A DNA stretch of 64,000 nt from NCBI GenBank assembly GCA_035632115.1, contig DASQHL010000156.1, forward strand, positions 694 to 64,693. Reading direction: 5' to 3'. Under the pieces are notes generated by a model that worked only from the letters and a program-made list of their open reading frames with translations, did not search any database and was not told the origin of the DNA. Of the stretch, positions 26,202 through 36,491 are shown one piece after another. A program made the position numbers and the translations under genes. Each line of letters starts with the position of its first letter. The first letter of the stretch is position 1. Origin of the DNA: Dehalococcoidia bacterium. Its GTDB lineage: Bacteria > Chloroflexota > Dehalococcoidia > DSTF01 > JACRBR01.

Positions 26202-26956
26202 TGCGGCCGCTCTTCGAGACGTATCACCTGGTGCTACGCTCGCTGCGGGAGTCCTCGCGGCAGCCGGCGGTGGAGATCGGCAACATCTTCATCCCGATGT
26301 TCTTCTTCGCGGTGACGGTGGGTGCGATCGGGCAGGTGGCGGGGCGGGCGTTCGGCGTGACGAACTACCTGGGGTTCCAGATGCCGGTGGCGATCCTGCA
26401 GGCGGTGGGGGCGGGCAGCGCGGGGCTGGGGATGGTGACGGACATCGAACGGGGGTACTTCGACAAGCTGCTGCTGACACCGGCTTCGCGCGTGTCGCTG
26501 GTGGCGAGCCGGCTGATCGCGGATGGCATCCGGATCATGGTGCTGGCGCTGCTGATCACGTGCGTCGGGCTGATCTTCGGGACGGGGATGGCGTCGGGGC
26601 CGGCCGGGGTGGTGGTGCTGATGCTGATGGGCGGGCTGTTCGGGCTGGTGTACTCGGGCATCGGCATGGCGATCGCATTGAAGACGGGGAGCGCGCAGGC
26701 GGCGCAACTGGGGTTCCTGATCTTCTTCCCGCTGCTGTTCCTCTCACCGGCGTTCGCGCCGAAGGCTGTGTTCAGCCCGTGGCTGGAGACGGTGGCCACG
26801 GTCAACCCGGTGACGTACATCCTGGAGGGGATGCGGGGGCTGGTGCTGAGCGGCTGGGACGGGCAGGCGTTGGTCGAGGCGTTCGGGGCGATCGCGGCGC
26901 TCGGGGTATTCACGATGAGCCTGGCGTTCGCGGCGCTGCGGAGCCGGACGGCGTGA
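26198..26956 (+). CDS. ABC-2 family transporter permease
   Basis: 6-TM protein whose start overlaps the ATPase stop. Confidence 0.8.
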   Translation: MMRPLFETYHLVLRSLRESSRQPAVEIGNIFIPMFFFAVTVGAIGQVAGRAFGVTNYLGFQMPVAILQAVGAGSAGLGMVTDIERGYFDKLLLTPASRVSLVASRLIADGIRIMVLALLITCVGLIFGTGMASGPAGVVVLMLMGGLFGLVYSGIGMAIALKTGSAQAAQLGFLIFFPLLFLSPAFAPKAVFSPWLETVATVNPVTYILEGMRGLVLSGWDGQALVEAFGAIAALGVFTMSLAFAALRSRTA

Positions 26957-27072
26957 GGCGCGGCGAGGACCGAGAACCTAGAACCTAGCACTTCGGAGCC
27001 AAGCCGACACGCGGCGCCGCTACGCCCGGCACGTGGGGCGGCCAACACAGGCGCTTGCTACCCTGCAACGCG

Positions 27073-28908
27073 ATGGACCCATCGCGGATTCGCAACTTCT
27101 GCATCATCGCCCACATCGACCACGGCAAATCGACGCTCGCCGACCGCTTTCTGGAGCAGACGGGGACCATCGCCAAGCGCGACATGGCGGCGCAGGTGCT
27201 GGACGCGATGGACCTGGAGCGCGAGAAGGGCGTGACGATCAAGGCGAAGGCCGTGCGCATGGCGTTCACGGCGCGGGACGGCCACGCCTATGAGCTGAAC
27301 CTGATCGACACGCCGGGGCACGTTGACTTCGGGTACGAGGTGTCGCGGGCGCTGGCGGCGTGCGAGGGGGCGCTGCTGGTCGTCGACGCGGCGCAGGGCA
27401 TCCAGGCGCAGACGCTGGCAAACGTGTACCTGGCGATGGAGGCCGACCTGAAGCTGATCCCGGTGATCAACAAGATCGACCTGCCGAGCGCCGAGCCGGA
27501 GCGTGTGGCGCAGGAGCTGGTGGACACGCTGGGGTTCTCGGCGGAGGAGATCCTGTTCGCATCGGCGAAGGAGGGGACAGGGACGCACGCGATCCTGGAG
27601 GCGGTGGTGGACCGCGTGCCGGCACCGGCGGCGAACGGCGCGAAGCCGCTGCGGGCGCTGATCTTCGACAGCAAGTACGACGCGTACAAGGGCGTCATCG
27701 CCTACGTGCGGATCGTCGACGGCAGCGTGTCGCCGCGGCGCAAGCTGCGGCTGATGGCGAATGGCCTGGGCGTCGAGGTGCTGGAGGTGGGCGTGTTTCG
27801 GCCCGGGCTGGAGGCGGCCGACCACCTCGATGTCGGCGAGGTGGGCTACGTGGCGACGGGCCTCAAGAACGTGAAGGAGTGCCGCGTTGGCGACACCTTC
27901 ACCGACGACGGCAAGCCGGCGGCCGAGCCGCTGCCCGGCTACCGGCCAGCGAAGCCGATGGTGTTCGCGGGGCTGTACCCGTCGCTGGCCAACGAGTACC
28001 CGCTGCTGCGGGACGCGCTGGACAAGCTGCAGCTCAACGACGCGTCGCTGGTGTACGAGCCGGAGTCGTCGGGGGCGCTGGGGTTCGGGTTCCGGTGCGG
28101 GTTTTTAGGGCTGCTACACATGGAGATCGTGCAGGAGCGGCTGGAGCGGGAGTACGACCTGACGCTGCTCGCGACGGCGCCGAGCGTCGAGTACCAGGTG
28201 ACGAAAACGAACGGGCAGGAGGTGGTGGTCGACAACCCGGCCGCCCTGCCGCCGCCGCAGGAGATCGAGCAGGTGCGGGAGCCGTGGATGGATATCAGCG
28301 TGGTGTGCCCGGACCGATACATCGGCGCGGTGATGGAGCTGGTGACGGGCAACCGGGGCGAGTTCAAGCGGATGGAGTACCTGCAGCACTCGATCATCCA
28401 GGCGGACGGATCGAAGAAGGGCGAGGGTCGGGTGATCCTGGACTACCGGATCCCGCTGTCGCAGATCCTGGTGGACTTCTACGACCAGTTGAAGTCGCGC
28501 ACGCAGGGGTACGCGAGCCTGGACTACTCGTTCAGCGAGTATCGGGCGGCGCCGCTGGTGAAGCTGGACATCCTGGTGAACGGGGAGCCGGTGGACGCGC
28601 TGTCGCTGATCACGCACCGGGAGAACGCGGCGACGCAGGGGCGGCAGCTCGTCGAGAAGCTGCGGTCGCTGATCCCGCGGCAGATGTTCGACGTGCCGGT
28701 GCAGGCGGCGATCGGCGGGCGGATCGTGGCGCGGGAGACGATCCGGGCGATGCGGAAGAACGTGCTGGCGAAGTGCTACGGGGGCGACGTGTCGCGGAAG
28801 CGGAAGCTGCTGGAGAAGCAGGCTGAAGGGAAGAAGCGGATGAAGCGCGTGGGGAACGTGGAGATCCCGCAGGAGGCGTTCATGGCGGTGCTGCGGCTGG
28901 ATAAGTAG
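27073..28908 (+). CDS. lepA: Elongation factor 4 (LepA)
   Basis: [28 protein letters not shown] and NKIDLP G-domain motifs plus the LepA C-terminal domain. Confidence 0.95.
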   Translation: MDPSRIRNFCIIAHIDHGKSTLADRFLEQTGTIAKRDMAAQVLDAMDLEREKGVTIKAKAVRMAFTARDGHAYELNLIDTPGHVDFGYEVSRALAACEGALLVVDAAQGIQAQTLANVYLAMEADLKLIPVINKIDLPSAEPERVAQELVDTLGFSAEEILFASAKEGTGTHAILEAVVDRVPAPAANGAKPLRALIFDSKYDAYKGVIAYVRIVDGSVSPRRKLRLMANGLGVEVLEVGVFRPGLEAADHLDVGEVGYVATGLKNVKECRVGDTFTDDGKPAAEPLPGYRPAKPMVFAGLYPSLANEYPLLRDALDKLQLNDASLVYEPESSGALGFGFRCGFLGLLHMEIVQERLEREYDLTLLATAPSVEYQVTKTNGQEVVVDNPAALPPPQEIEQVREPWMDISVVCPDRYIGAVMELVTGNRGEFKRMEYLQHSIIQADGSKKGEGRVILDYRIPLSQILVDFYDQLKSRTQGYASLDYSFSEYRAAPLVKLDILVNGEPVDALSLITHRENAATQGRQLVEKLRSLIPRQMFDVPVQAAIGGRIVARETIRAMRKNVLAKCYGGDVSRKRKLLEKQAEGKKRMKRVGNVEIPQEAFMAVLRLDK

Positions 28909-29136
28909 GCGGGCACTGGCGGCGTCGGATGACCTGTGTGGTTCTCTCGACCCACGCCGCATTGGTGAGATCCGCCGTGCCCTCGCGCAAGCGCGCGTCA
29001 TATCGACCGTCTTCACGATCGAGCCATCTTCAAGCGCGCGGGTTCTTGCCGAGTGGGTCCTGCCGGAATGGTTCATATCGGCACGAACAAGAACACCGTG
29101 ACCTGATTGCCCAAGGGGAGCCGCCCCAAGGGGAAG

Positions 29137-31125
29137 TCAGCGGCGCCGGAGTGCGCGCCGGCCCACGACCTGCCACGAGGCGCCGGCCACGGCTACGGCG
29201 CCTATCACGGCCATCGCGGCGATGGCGAAGGGGCTGCCCAGGGGCCAGTGCCAGATGCTCGTTGCTGCGGGAGGGGCGCTCTGCGCGGGCGCGACGGTCA
29301 GTTCGTACTGCTGGGTGATGTCGTCCTGGCCCTGGACGCGGAGGTTGGCGGTGACGCGCCACTTGCCCGGCAGGCTTAAGTTGGCGCCGCTGCCCTTGTA
29401 GAGCACCTGCGCGGCCGAGATGCTGGCGTTGGTCAGTTGCAGGCGCGATTGGCCGGTCGTCGATGAGTCCAGGTGGTCGAACTGGAGACGCGCCTGGAGG
29501 ACCTGGGGCGGGTTACCGAACTCGGCGCCGAGGCCGAGGGTGAAGTCGTTCTGGCCGACGCGCGCCGGGGAGACATCAAAGAACATCTGCATGACGCCGA
29601 CCTCGCGGGTCTGCGTGAAGTCTTTCGTCGCGGCGGCGCCCTGGGCCGAGGAGCCGTAGGCGGCGGCGAGCGAGGCGTCGCGCGGCGACTGGAGCTGGAT
29701 GAGGGCGGCGGCGGCGGCGAGCACGACCGCGCCGAGGGTTGCCTCGAGGCGGACCATGTTCAGCAGGCGCCGCTGCAATGCGTGGAGGGCAGCGCTTGCT
29801 CCCATGCCGGGCTTTCGTACGACCCGGGGCGGGCTGTGCTCTTGCAGCACCGCATCGACGACGCGCGGGCGCAGCAGGTAGGCGTTCAGGGCGCCGACGG
29901 CGAGGAGCAGCAGCGTGAGCCCGAGCTTCACGTCGAGCGCGCGGCCCCAGTTCGTATCGACGAGCGCACGCCAGGACGGCGCCTGCAGCGACGCGCTGAG
30001 GACGCCGCTCGCCAGCAGGAGGCCGACGGCCAGCGTGGCCATGCCGCTGAACCGGCGGAAGACGTAGGCGACGAAGACGGTGCGGGAGCCGGCGCGCAGC
30101 AGCTCCAGCCAGCGGGGCAGCGTAAAGATGATGTGGAAGATCGAGCCGAGCCAGATGCTCGCGGCGAGCAAGTGGAGGAAGTCGATGGCGACGCCGGTGA
30201 CGGCGCCGTCGCCGGAGGCGGCGTGGCTGACCAGCGCGTGCGTAAGGAGCAGCCCGATCGAGGCGACGAAGACGCCCCAGAGCGCGGCGAACCCGGCGCG
30301 CGGCGATGGCGCGCGGGCGGCGAGGCCGACCAGGGCCAGCGCGACGGCGGTGAGCCCGAGGCGGGCGAGGAGGTAGTTGCCGAGACGGGTGTGCAGGACG
30401 ATGGTGCCGGCGGCGTGGAGGCCGCCAAAGTCCTGCGCTTTGAGCGCGATCTGGAGCAGCGTGCCCTCCGCGACGAGGAGGCACGCCGTCGCGCTGGACA
30501 CCAGCAGCACGATGCGAGACGCCGCCCACGTGCGGCGCGCGTCGCCGGCGGACAGGTATCTCAGGCAGGGGCGGATGACGCCGAGCGAGAAGAGCATGCC
30601 GCCGACGAGGACGCTGACGGCGACGAGGACAGACCAGCGCGCTGTGGTATCGAGGGTTGAGGGCGTATTGGACGGGCCGCCGCCCGCCTGGCTGATGAGC
30701 GCGGGCGCGCCGGCCGGCACTTCGCCGTTGGGACCGAGCACGGTGAAGGGGAACGAGCCCGGCCAGGTGTGGCCGTCGACTTTGGAGAGATTCCGCCAGA
30801 TCGCCGTATAGATGCCGGGGGGCAGTGTCACGGGCACGTCGACGGCCATGCGCTTCGGGTCGTCGGGGAAGAAGCGCGGCTTTGGCAGGTCGACCTGCTT
30901 GCCCTGCTGGTCCCAGAGCTGGATGGTGCTGACGGAGGGCTCGATAGGCTCGCTGAACTCAACGACTATCTGCGAGGGCGAGGCCTTGAGCTTGCTGTTT
31001 GGCGCGGGGTCGGAGCTGACGGCGAGCGCGTGGGCTTCGGCCTGGCGGGCCGGGACGAGGGTGGCGGCGGCGAGGGCCGCGACGATCGCGACGGCGAGCA
31101 GCGTGGCGGGCAATCGGCGTCGCAT
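29137..31125 (-). CDS. CopC-CopD fusion copper resistance/uptake protein (YcnJ-like) with extra C-terminal extracellular domain
   Basis: Signal peptide, then a CopC-like domain (HALAVSSDPAPNSKL). An 8-TM CopD-like domain follows, then a ~200-aa C-terminal domain and a final TM segment. Confidence 0.8.
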   Translation of the reverse strand: MRRRLPATLLAVAIVAALAAATLVPARQAEAHALAVSSDPAPNSKLKASPSQIVVEFSEPIEPSVSTIQLWDQQGKQVDLPKPRFFPDDPKRMAVDVPVTLPPGIYTAIWRNLSKVDGHTWPGSFPFTVLGPNGEVPAGAPALISQAGGGPSNTPSTLDTTARWSVLVAVSVLVGGMLFSLGVIRPCLRYLSAGDARRTWAASRIVLLVSSATACLLVAEGTLLQIALKAQDFGGLHAAGTIVLHTRLGNYLLARLGLTAVALALVGLAARAPSPRAGFAALWGVFVASIGLLLTHALVSHAASGDGAVTGVAIDFLHLLAASIWLGSIFHIIFTLPRWLELLRAGSRTVFVAYVFRRFSGMATLAVGLLLASGVLSASLQAPSWRALVDTNWGRALDVKLGLTLLLLAVGALNAYLLRPRVVDAVLQEHSPPRVVRKPGMGASAALHALQRRLLNMVRLEATLGAVVLAAAAALIQLQSPRDASLAAAYGSSAQGAAATKDFTQTREVGVMQMFFDVSPARVGQNDFTLGLGAEFGNPPQVLQARLQFDHLDSSTTGQSRLQLTNASISAAQVLYKGSGANLSLPGKWRVTANLRVQGQDDITQQYELTVAPAQSAPPAATSIWHWPLGSPFAIAAMAVIGAVAVAGASWQVVGRRALRRR

Positions 31126-31257
31126 CGTGGCGCAATTCTAGCCCGGAGCGCGCGGCGGGCGCACGCAGACGCGGCGTGGAAGATGTTACGGAGTGGGCGC
31201 GGGCTTTGACATCGCGGACGCCGGCGGCGGATACTGAGCGCAATTCAGGAGGCACCA

Positions 31258-32255
31258 TGTCGCGCAGCCACATCGTCCTTGCAACGCTGAGCGCCGCCAC
31301 GCTCGCCCTCATCGCGACGGTGCTGGTGAGCGTCGTCAGCGGGAGTCAGGTGGTGCAGGTGGCTGCAGCGGCGGGACTCGCCGTGAGCGTGCTCGGCAGC
31401 GCCGTGCTGCTGGGGACGGGAGACGGATGGAACCGCCGCTACCGGGGATTCCCGCTGGCGATCGGCGGGGCAGCACTGGTGGCGGTGGGCGCAGTGGCGC
31501 TCGGGGCGATCACGCTGTTCAGCGCGAACACGGGCACGACATCCGGATCGCCCGCGCTCGTGACGACGGAGGGGGCTGCGCTGGCCTCGGCGCCCGTATC
31601 AAACAACGATGCGGTCCAGGGTGCGCATGACGTCGGCAAGCACCCGACGCTCAACGAGTTCCTGGCCTGGAGCGACGCGAAGATCCTTGCGAATTCGCCG
31701 GCCGGTTCGCTGACGCCAGCCGAGGTACCGGTGTTGCGGGAGCAGCTGAAGCAGGCGCGCGCGACAGCGGAGAAGTTCAACACGATCGAGAAGGCGGAGG
31801 CAGCGGGGTACAAGATCAGCACGAACGACGTGCCGTTCATGGGCGCGCACCTGATCAACCAGGACTACCTGATGGACGGCGTGTTCGACCCGGGCAAGCC
31901 GGAGGGGCTGCTCTTCAGCAAGCTGGGCGGCACGACGTGGAAGCTCGTGGGCGTGTGGTATCTGATCCTGCCGGGGGTCAACCACGGCGTGACGGCGACG
32001 ACGCCGCCGGCCGGGTTCGCCGGGAACCTTGACCTGTGGCACCAGCACTACGGGCTGTGCACGCGCAATGGGATCATCTCCGAGAACAACACAAAGGCCA
32101 GCTGCGACGCGGATCACGGCCAGTGGACAGGCGACCTGCGGTGGATGATGCACGCGTGGGTCGTGCCGGAGACGGCTGACAATCCGGATGGCGTCTTCGC
32201 GTATCTCAACAACAACCTGTTCAAGATGCAGTCCACGGTGACGGTCAAGCCCTGA
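31258..32255 (+). CDS. Hypothetical membrane-anchored extracytoplasmic protein, divergent from copCD
   Basis: Starts MSRSHIVLATLSAATLALIATVL. Has two N-terminal TM segments, then a ~230-aa His/Trp-rich domain of unknown function. Confidence 0.5.
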
Positions 32256-32341
32256 CGGTCACAACGGGCACTGGCACCCGCCCGCACGTCCGGTAGAATC
32301 GCGGAACCGGATTCCTCCGGTGGCGCGGCAGGACGGGACGG

Positions 32342-33805
32342 ATGTCGAGATCACTGGCGGACCAAGACGGCAGGTCGTTCGACCTCGTGGTGATCGGGCT
32401 GGGGCCAGCAGGCGAGAAAGGGGCGGCCCAGGCCGCCTACTTCGGGAAACGCGTCGCCGGCATCGAAGCGGGCGCGGTGGGCGGCGCGGTGGTGAACACC
32501 GGCACGCTGCCGAGCAAAACGCTGCGCGAGACGGCGCTGTACCTGTCCGGACTCCGGAGCCGCAACCTCTACGGGATCGAGTACACCTTCGGGCGACCGA
32601 TCTCGGCCGAGGACCTGTTTTACCGCCAGAAGCTGGTCGAGCGCAGCCACCTAGACCAGGTGGAGGAGAACCTGGCGCGCCATGACGTCGCGGTGCTGCA
32701 CGGGCGCGCTTCGTTCGAAGACGGCCATACGCTTGCGGTGCGCGACGCGGTGGGCGGGTGCGCGCGCGTACGTGGCGACTACGTGCTCATCGCGACGGGA
32801 TCGCGGCCGGTGCGCCCGCCGGAGGTCCCGTTCGACGATGAGCGGGTGTTCGATACGGACAGCATCCTGCGACTGCGAAGGATCCCGGATGAGCTGGTGA
32901 TCATCGGCGCCGGCGTGATTGGCAGCGAGTACGCGACACTCTTCGCCGCGCTCGGGAGCCGCGTGACGCTGGTGGACGGCGGCGCGCGACTGCTGCCGTT
33001 TCTGGACGGCGAGATGGCGACGATCCTGGCCGAGCAGATGCGGGAGGTAGGCGTGCGGCTGCTGTTCGCGCAGCACGTCGGGTCGATCTCGTGCGACGAC
33101 GCCGGCCGGGTTGGCGTGGCGTTGGCGGACAGCAGGGTGCTTGATGCTGACGCGGTGCTGTACTGCGGGGGGCGGCGCGGAGGCACGGACGGCCTGGCGC
33201 TGGACCGCGCCGGCGTGGTCGCTGACGCGCGTGGGCGCATCGCCGTGGACGAGCACTTCGCGACGGCGGCACCGGGAGTGTACGCGGCAGGCGACGTCAT
33301 CGGCTTCCCGGCGCTGGCGTCGACATCGATGGAGCAAGCGCGCGTGGCGGTGTGCCATGCGTTCGGATTCGCGTACAAGCGGCAGGTATCGGCGCTGATC
33401 CCGTACGGGCTCTACACCATCCCGGAAGTGTCGATGGTTGGCGCATCGGAAGACGCGCTGCGGGCGAGCGGGACGCCGTACCTTGTGGGCCGGTGCGCAT
33501 TCGGGCGGAACGCGCGGGCACAGATCGCCGGGGACACCACGGGGCTGATCAAGCTGCTGTTCGACCCGGATAGCCGGCGCGTGCTGGGCGTTCACATCAT
33601 CGGCGAGCGGGCGTCCGAGCTGGTGCACGTGGGCCAGATGTGCATGCAGTTCGGCGGCACGATCGACGTCTTCATCGAGAACGTGTTCAACTTCCCGACG
33701 ATCGCCGACGCGTACAAGTATGCAGCGTACGACGGGCTGCAGGCACTCGCACGCCGGGCCAATGGTGCAGCGGCTGACGGAGCCGCCGGCGCCGGCGGGG
33801 CTTAG
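32342..33805 (+). CDS. FAD-dependent pyridine nucleotide-disulfide oxidoreductase family protein (SthA/Lpd-like) lacking the redox-active CxxxxC
   Basis: FAD-binding FDLVVIGLGPAG and NAD-binding VIIGAGVIGSEYA. The dimerisation domain carries HPT-like FNFPTIADAYKYAA. The active-site stretch reads GGAVVNTGTLPSKTL, with no Cys. Confidence 0.8.
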   Translation: MSRSLADQDGRSFDLVVIGLGPAGEKGAAQAAYFGKRVAGIEAGAVGGAVVNTGTLPSKTLRETALYLSGLRSRNLYGIEYTFGRPISAEDLFYRQKLVERSHLDQVEENLARHDVAVLHGRASFEDGHTLAVRDAVGGCARVRGDYVLIATGSRPVRPPEVPFDDERVFDTDSILRLRRIPDELVIIGAGVIGSEYATLFAALGSRVTLVDGGARLLPFLDGEMATILAEQMREVGVRLLFAQHVGSISCDDAGRVGVALADSRVLDADAVLYCGGRRGGTDGLALDRAGVVADARGRIAVDEHFATAAPGVYAAGDVIGFPALASTSMEQARVAVCHAFGFAYKRQVSALIPYGLYTIPEVSMVGASEDALRASGTPYLVGRCAFGRNARAQIAGDTTGLIKLLFDPDSRRVLGVHIIGERASELVHVGQMCMQFGGTIDVFIENVFNFPTIADAYKYAAYDGLQALARRANGAAADGAAGAGGA

Positions 33806-34245
33806 TGGCAGTCGCCCGGCCCGTTGCGCCCAGCGGCGATCACGAAGGTAGACAGTCGCGTCCGCATCTCGCGCAAGGTGCGCTGGAACGCGGCGAGCCG
33901 TTCGGCGTCGCTGCCCGTCACGGCCGCCGGGTCGGCGAAGTTCCAGTGGATGCGGACAGGTGCGCCAGGAAAGACGGGGCACTCTTCGGCAGCCTGGTCG
34001 CAGACGGTGATCACGTAGTCGAAGGTCTGCCCGTCGAACTCAGCGACGCTCTTCGAGCGCTCACCGGTGACGTCGATAGCGAGCGGCGCGAGCACGCGCG
34101 CCGTATAGGCGTTGATGCCCTTCGGGTGCGTCCCGGCGCTGAAGACGTCGAAGCGGTCGCCAGCCATCTGGCGGAGGAGGGCGGCTCCGATGATGCTGCG
34201 CGCAGAGTTGCCGGTGCAGAGGAAGAGGACGCGCGGATGCCTCAT
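33802..34245 (-). CDS. arsC: Arsenate reductase (LMW-PTP / thioredoxin-coupled ArsC)
   Basis: LFLCTGNSARS P-loop, ~147 aa. Confidence 0.85.
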   Translation of the reverse strand: MRHPRVLFLCTGNSARSIIGAALLRQMAGDRFDVFSAGTHPKGINAYTARVLAPLAIDVTGERSKSVAEFDGQTFDYVITVCDQAAEECPVFPGAPVRIHWNFADPAAVTGSDAERLAAFQRTLREMRTRLSTFVIAAGRNGPGDCH

Positions 34246-34907
34246 GCGTCACCTCGGATCGACTGGTAGGCGAGCGCGCCCAGGATCGCACCGACGGGCG
34301 GCGCGACCAGGTAGACCCAGAGCGCGTGAAACTCGCCCGCGACGATCGCCGGGCCAAGTGAGCGCGCAGTGTTCATCGACGCGCCTGAGACGGGCCCGCC
34401 GAACATCGCCTCCAAGCCGACCGTACCGCCTATGGCGATGGCGGCGGCCTGGCCGACCGCGCGTGTATCCGTGGCAACGGACACGATCACGAACATAAGC
34501 CCGAACGTCAGGATCAGCTCCATCGAGAACGCTTGCGCCGCGGACCCGGCGGGGAGTGTCGACCCAAGGTGAGCGACGTTGCCGAACATGAGTCGGAGCA
34601 CGAGCGCGGCGGCCAGCGCAGCAAGGACCTGAGCCGCCCAGTACGGCACCACGTGTCGCAGCGGGAAGTGGCGCACGGCCGCGAACGCGAGCGTCACGCC
34701 CGGGTTGAAGTGACCACCCGAGATGTGCCCGACCGCGTAGATCATCACCATGATCACCAGGCCGAACGTAGCTGCGATGCCGACGTGGCTGATGGCGCCG
34801 TGCTGCCGGGCGTCAATGACGACGGCGCCGGCACCAGCGAAGACCAGCGCGAAGGTACCGACGAATTCGGCCCCGAGGCGTTGGCGCAGTGTCACCGGGC
34901 GCGTCAT
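34242..34907 (-). CDS. MIP-family aquaglyceroporin (arsenite channel AqpS-like) with variant NPA boxes
   Basis: 6 TM. First box SGGHFNPGVT (NPG) and second box GASMNTARSLGP (NTA). Sits between arsR and arsC. Confidence 0.75.
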   Translation of the reverse strand: MTRPVTLRQRLGAEFVGTFALVFAGAGAVVIDARQHGAISHVGIAATFGLVIMVMIYAVGHISGGHFNPGVTLAFAAVRHFPLRHVVPYWAAQVLAALAAALVLRLMFGNVAHLGSTLPAGSAAQAFSMELILTFGLMFVIVSVATDTRAVGQAAAIAIGGTVGLEAMFGGPVSGASMNTARSLGPAIVAGEFHALWVYLVAPPVGAILGALAYQSIRGDA

Positions 34908-35185
34908 AGCGCGACGATGCTCTGCTTGAGCCAGAGCAATGCATCGCGGCGAAGGCAATAGGCGGAGCGGGGGCCGGGGCCGCACTGCTCGATCAATCCG
35001 GCGTCCTTGAGGACGCGCAGATGCTCGGACACGGTGGACTGGGCGAGGGATACGTGTCGGGTGAGATCCATGCAGTTCGCGTCACCGGCGGCCGCCAGGG
35101 TGCGGATGATCTCGATTCGAACGGGGTGGCCCAACGCGCGGAGCATCGTCGGAAGGCTATCGTCGCGTGGCTCATCTACCATCAT
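34904..35185 (-). CDS. arsR: ArsR/SmtB family metalloregulator
   Basis: HTH motif LAQSTVSEHLRVLKDAGLI and a Cys in ANCMDL. Confidence 0.8.
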   Translation of the reverse strand: MMVDEPRDDSLPTMLRALGHPVRIEIIRTLAAAGDANCMDLTRHVSLAQSTVSEHLRVLKDAGLIEQCGPGPRSAYCLRRDALLWLKQSIVAL

Positions 35186-35412
35186 TTCATCGCCATTGTA
35201 CGATGGCTGTGGGCGTGCGGCAAGGCGGACGACGCGAGGAGGCGGACGGCGGCCCGGTCCCTGGTCGGCCCGGTGCGGCGGGCATGGATCGGCCTAGCAG
35301 GACGAGATGCAAAAAAAGTGCAAACAAAGTGCGGGGAAACCCTTAAGGATGGCCGCGAAGCGTCGAGTCTTAGAACGAGACAACGCAGGTATCCCGGAAA
35401 GGGGAGCAGAAG

Positions 35413-35622
35413 ATGCTGAAGGACCTCGCGCTGCGCGTACTGGTCGCGCTGCAAGCCATCGAGACGAAGTTCCAGGACGATGAGGGCCAGACGCTCGCGG
35501 AGTACGGCCTGATCATGGCGGTGATCGCGATCGCGGTCGTCATCGCGGCGGTGGTGGCGTTCCGGGGCGCGATCGTGTCCGCCTTCAACGGCGCCACGAA
35601 GTGCCTGAGCGGGTCTTGCTAG
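35413..35622 (+). CDS. flp: Flp/Fap family pilin (paralog 2)
   Basis: MLKDLALRVLVALQAIETKFQDDEGQTLAEYGLIMAVIAIAVVIAAVVAF...CLSGSC. Has an SD (aaaggggagcagaag). Confidence 0.8.
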   Translation: MLKDLALRVLVALQAIETKFQDDEGQTLAEYGLIMAVIAIAVVIAAVVAFRGAIVSAFNGATKCLSGSC

Positions 35623-35819
35623 GAGCACCCGGGCCTGACCGGATCGAAGAGGGGGCGTTTCGGCGCCCCTTCTCCGCGTCGGTCAGGTCCGGTCGGCGCG
35701 CCACCGATATTGGAGACGGTACATGAACTATCCGGCGAAACCCTTAAGTCCGTTGCCAGAACGCCGAGTCTAAGAGCAAGAGAGCGCAACAAGACAGGAC
35801 TCAGAAAGGGGAGCAGACG

Positions 35820-36029
35820 ATGTTCAGGGATCTGGCGCTGCGCGTACTGGTCGCGCTGCAATCCATCGAGACGAAGTTCCAGGATGAGGAGGGCCAGACG
35901 CTCGCGGAGTACGGGCTGATCATGGCGGTGATCGCGATCGCGGTCGTCATCGCCGCTGTCGTCGCATTCCGCGGTGCGATCGTGTCAGCCTTCAACGGCG
36001 CGACGCAGTGCTTGAGCGGCTCCTGCTAG
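35820..36029 (+). CDS. flp: Flp/Fap family pilin (paralog 3, tandem duplicate)
   Basis: About 90% identical to paralog 2. The duplicated 5' leader elements are gaaacccttaag, cgagtctaaga and gaaaggggagcaga. Confidence 0.8.
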   Translation: MFRDLALRVLVALQSIETKFQDEEGQTLAEYGLIMAVIAIAVVIAAVVAFRGAIVSAFNGATQCLSGSC

Positions 36030-36057
36030 GAGCTGACGGGAGCTGATCGGCACAGGG

Positions 36058-36081
36058 AAGGGGCGCGGGTGCGCCCCTTCT
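36058..36081 (+). terminator. Perfect 10-bp GC hairpin after flp paralog 3 (gaaggggcgc-gggt-gcgccccttc)
   Basis: A similar hairpin sits after paralog 2 at about 35650-35676. Confidence 0.45.
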
Positions 36082-36491
36082 TCGCCGTTCGTGCCGGGAC
36101 CTAGCCGCGCCGGAAGAAAAAGGAAAGAGCGGATGGACTCGCTTCAGGCCCCGCCTCCGTCCACGAGTCCACCCCGCCAAAGCTCCCCATAACGGGGCGC
36201 CCGGGCATTGTCACTGCCGCAACGGCAGCCCGTCAAGGCAGCCGACGCGCCGAACCGAGGAAAACGGAATCAAGCCGTCAAGGAACACAGATCCGCGACG
36301 ACGGCAACGTGACAGGGGAGACCCGGCAGCTCTCCGCGCGCGGCGACCAACGTCGGTCGCTTACAAGTCTCCAATCGTGCGCCGATCTTATGCCTCGCCC
36401 GCATGATGCCGCGTCGCCCGCACCCGGTGTTAACTCTTTCTCAACATCCCTCCGGCGGTGCGGCGGAATACTGGGCGTTGGAGGAGGCTGT

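Noticed and set aside
24851-36029. Tad/Cpa pilus assembly genes near the flp paralogs
   Set aside because: I searched flanks for a prepilin peptidase, secretin or TadA ATPase. The neighbours are tatC, ABC exporters and the ars operon instead.
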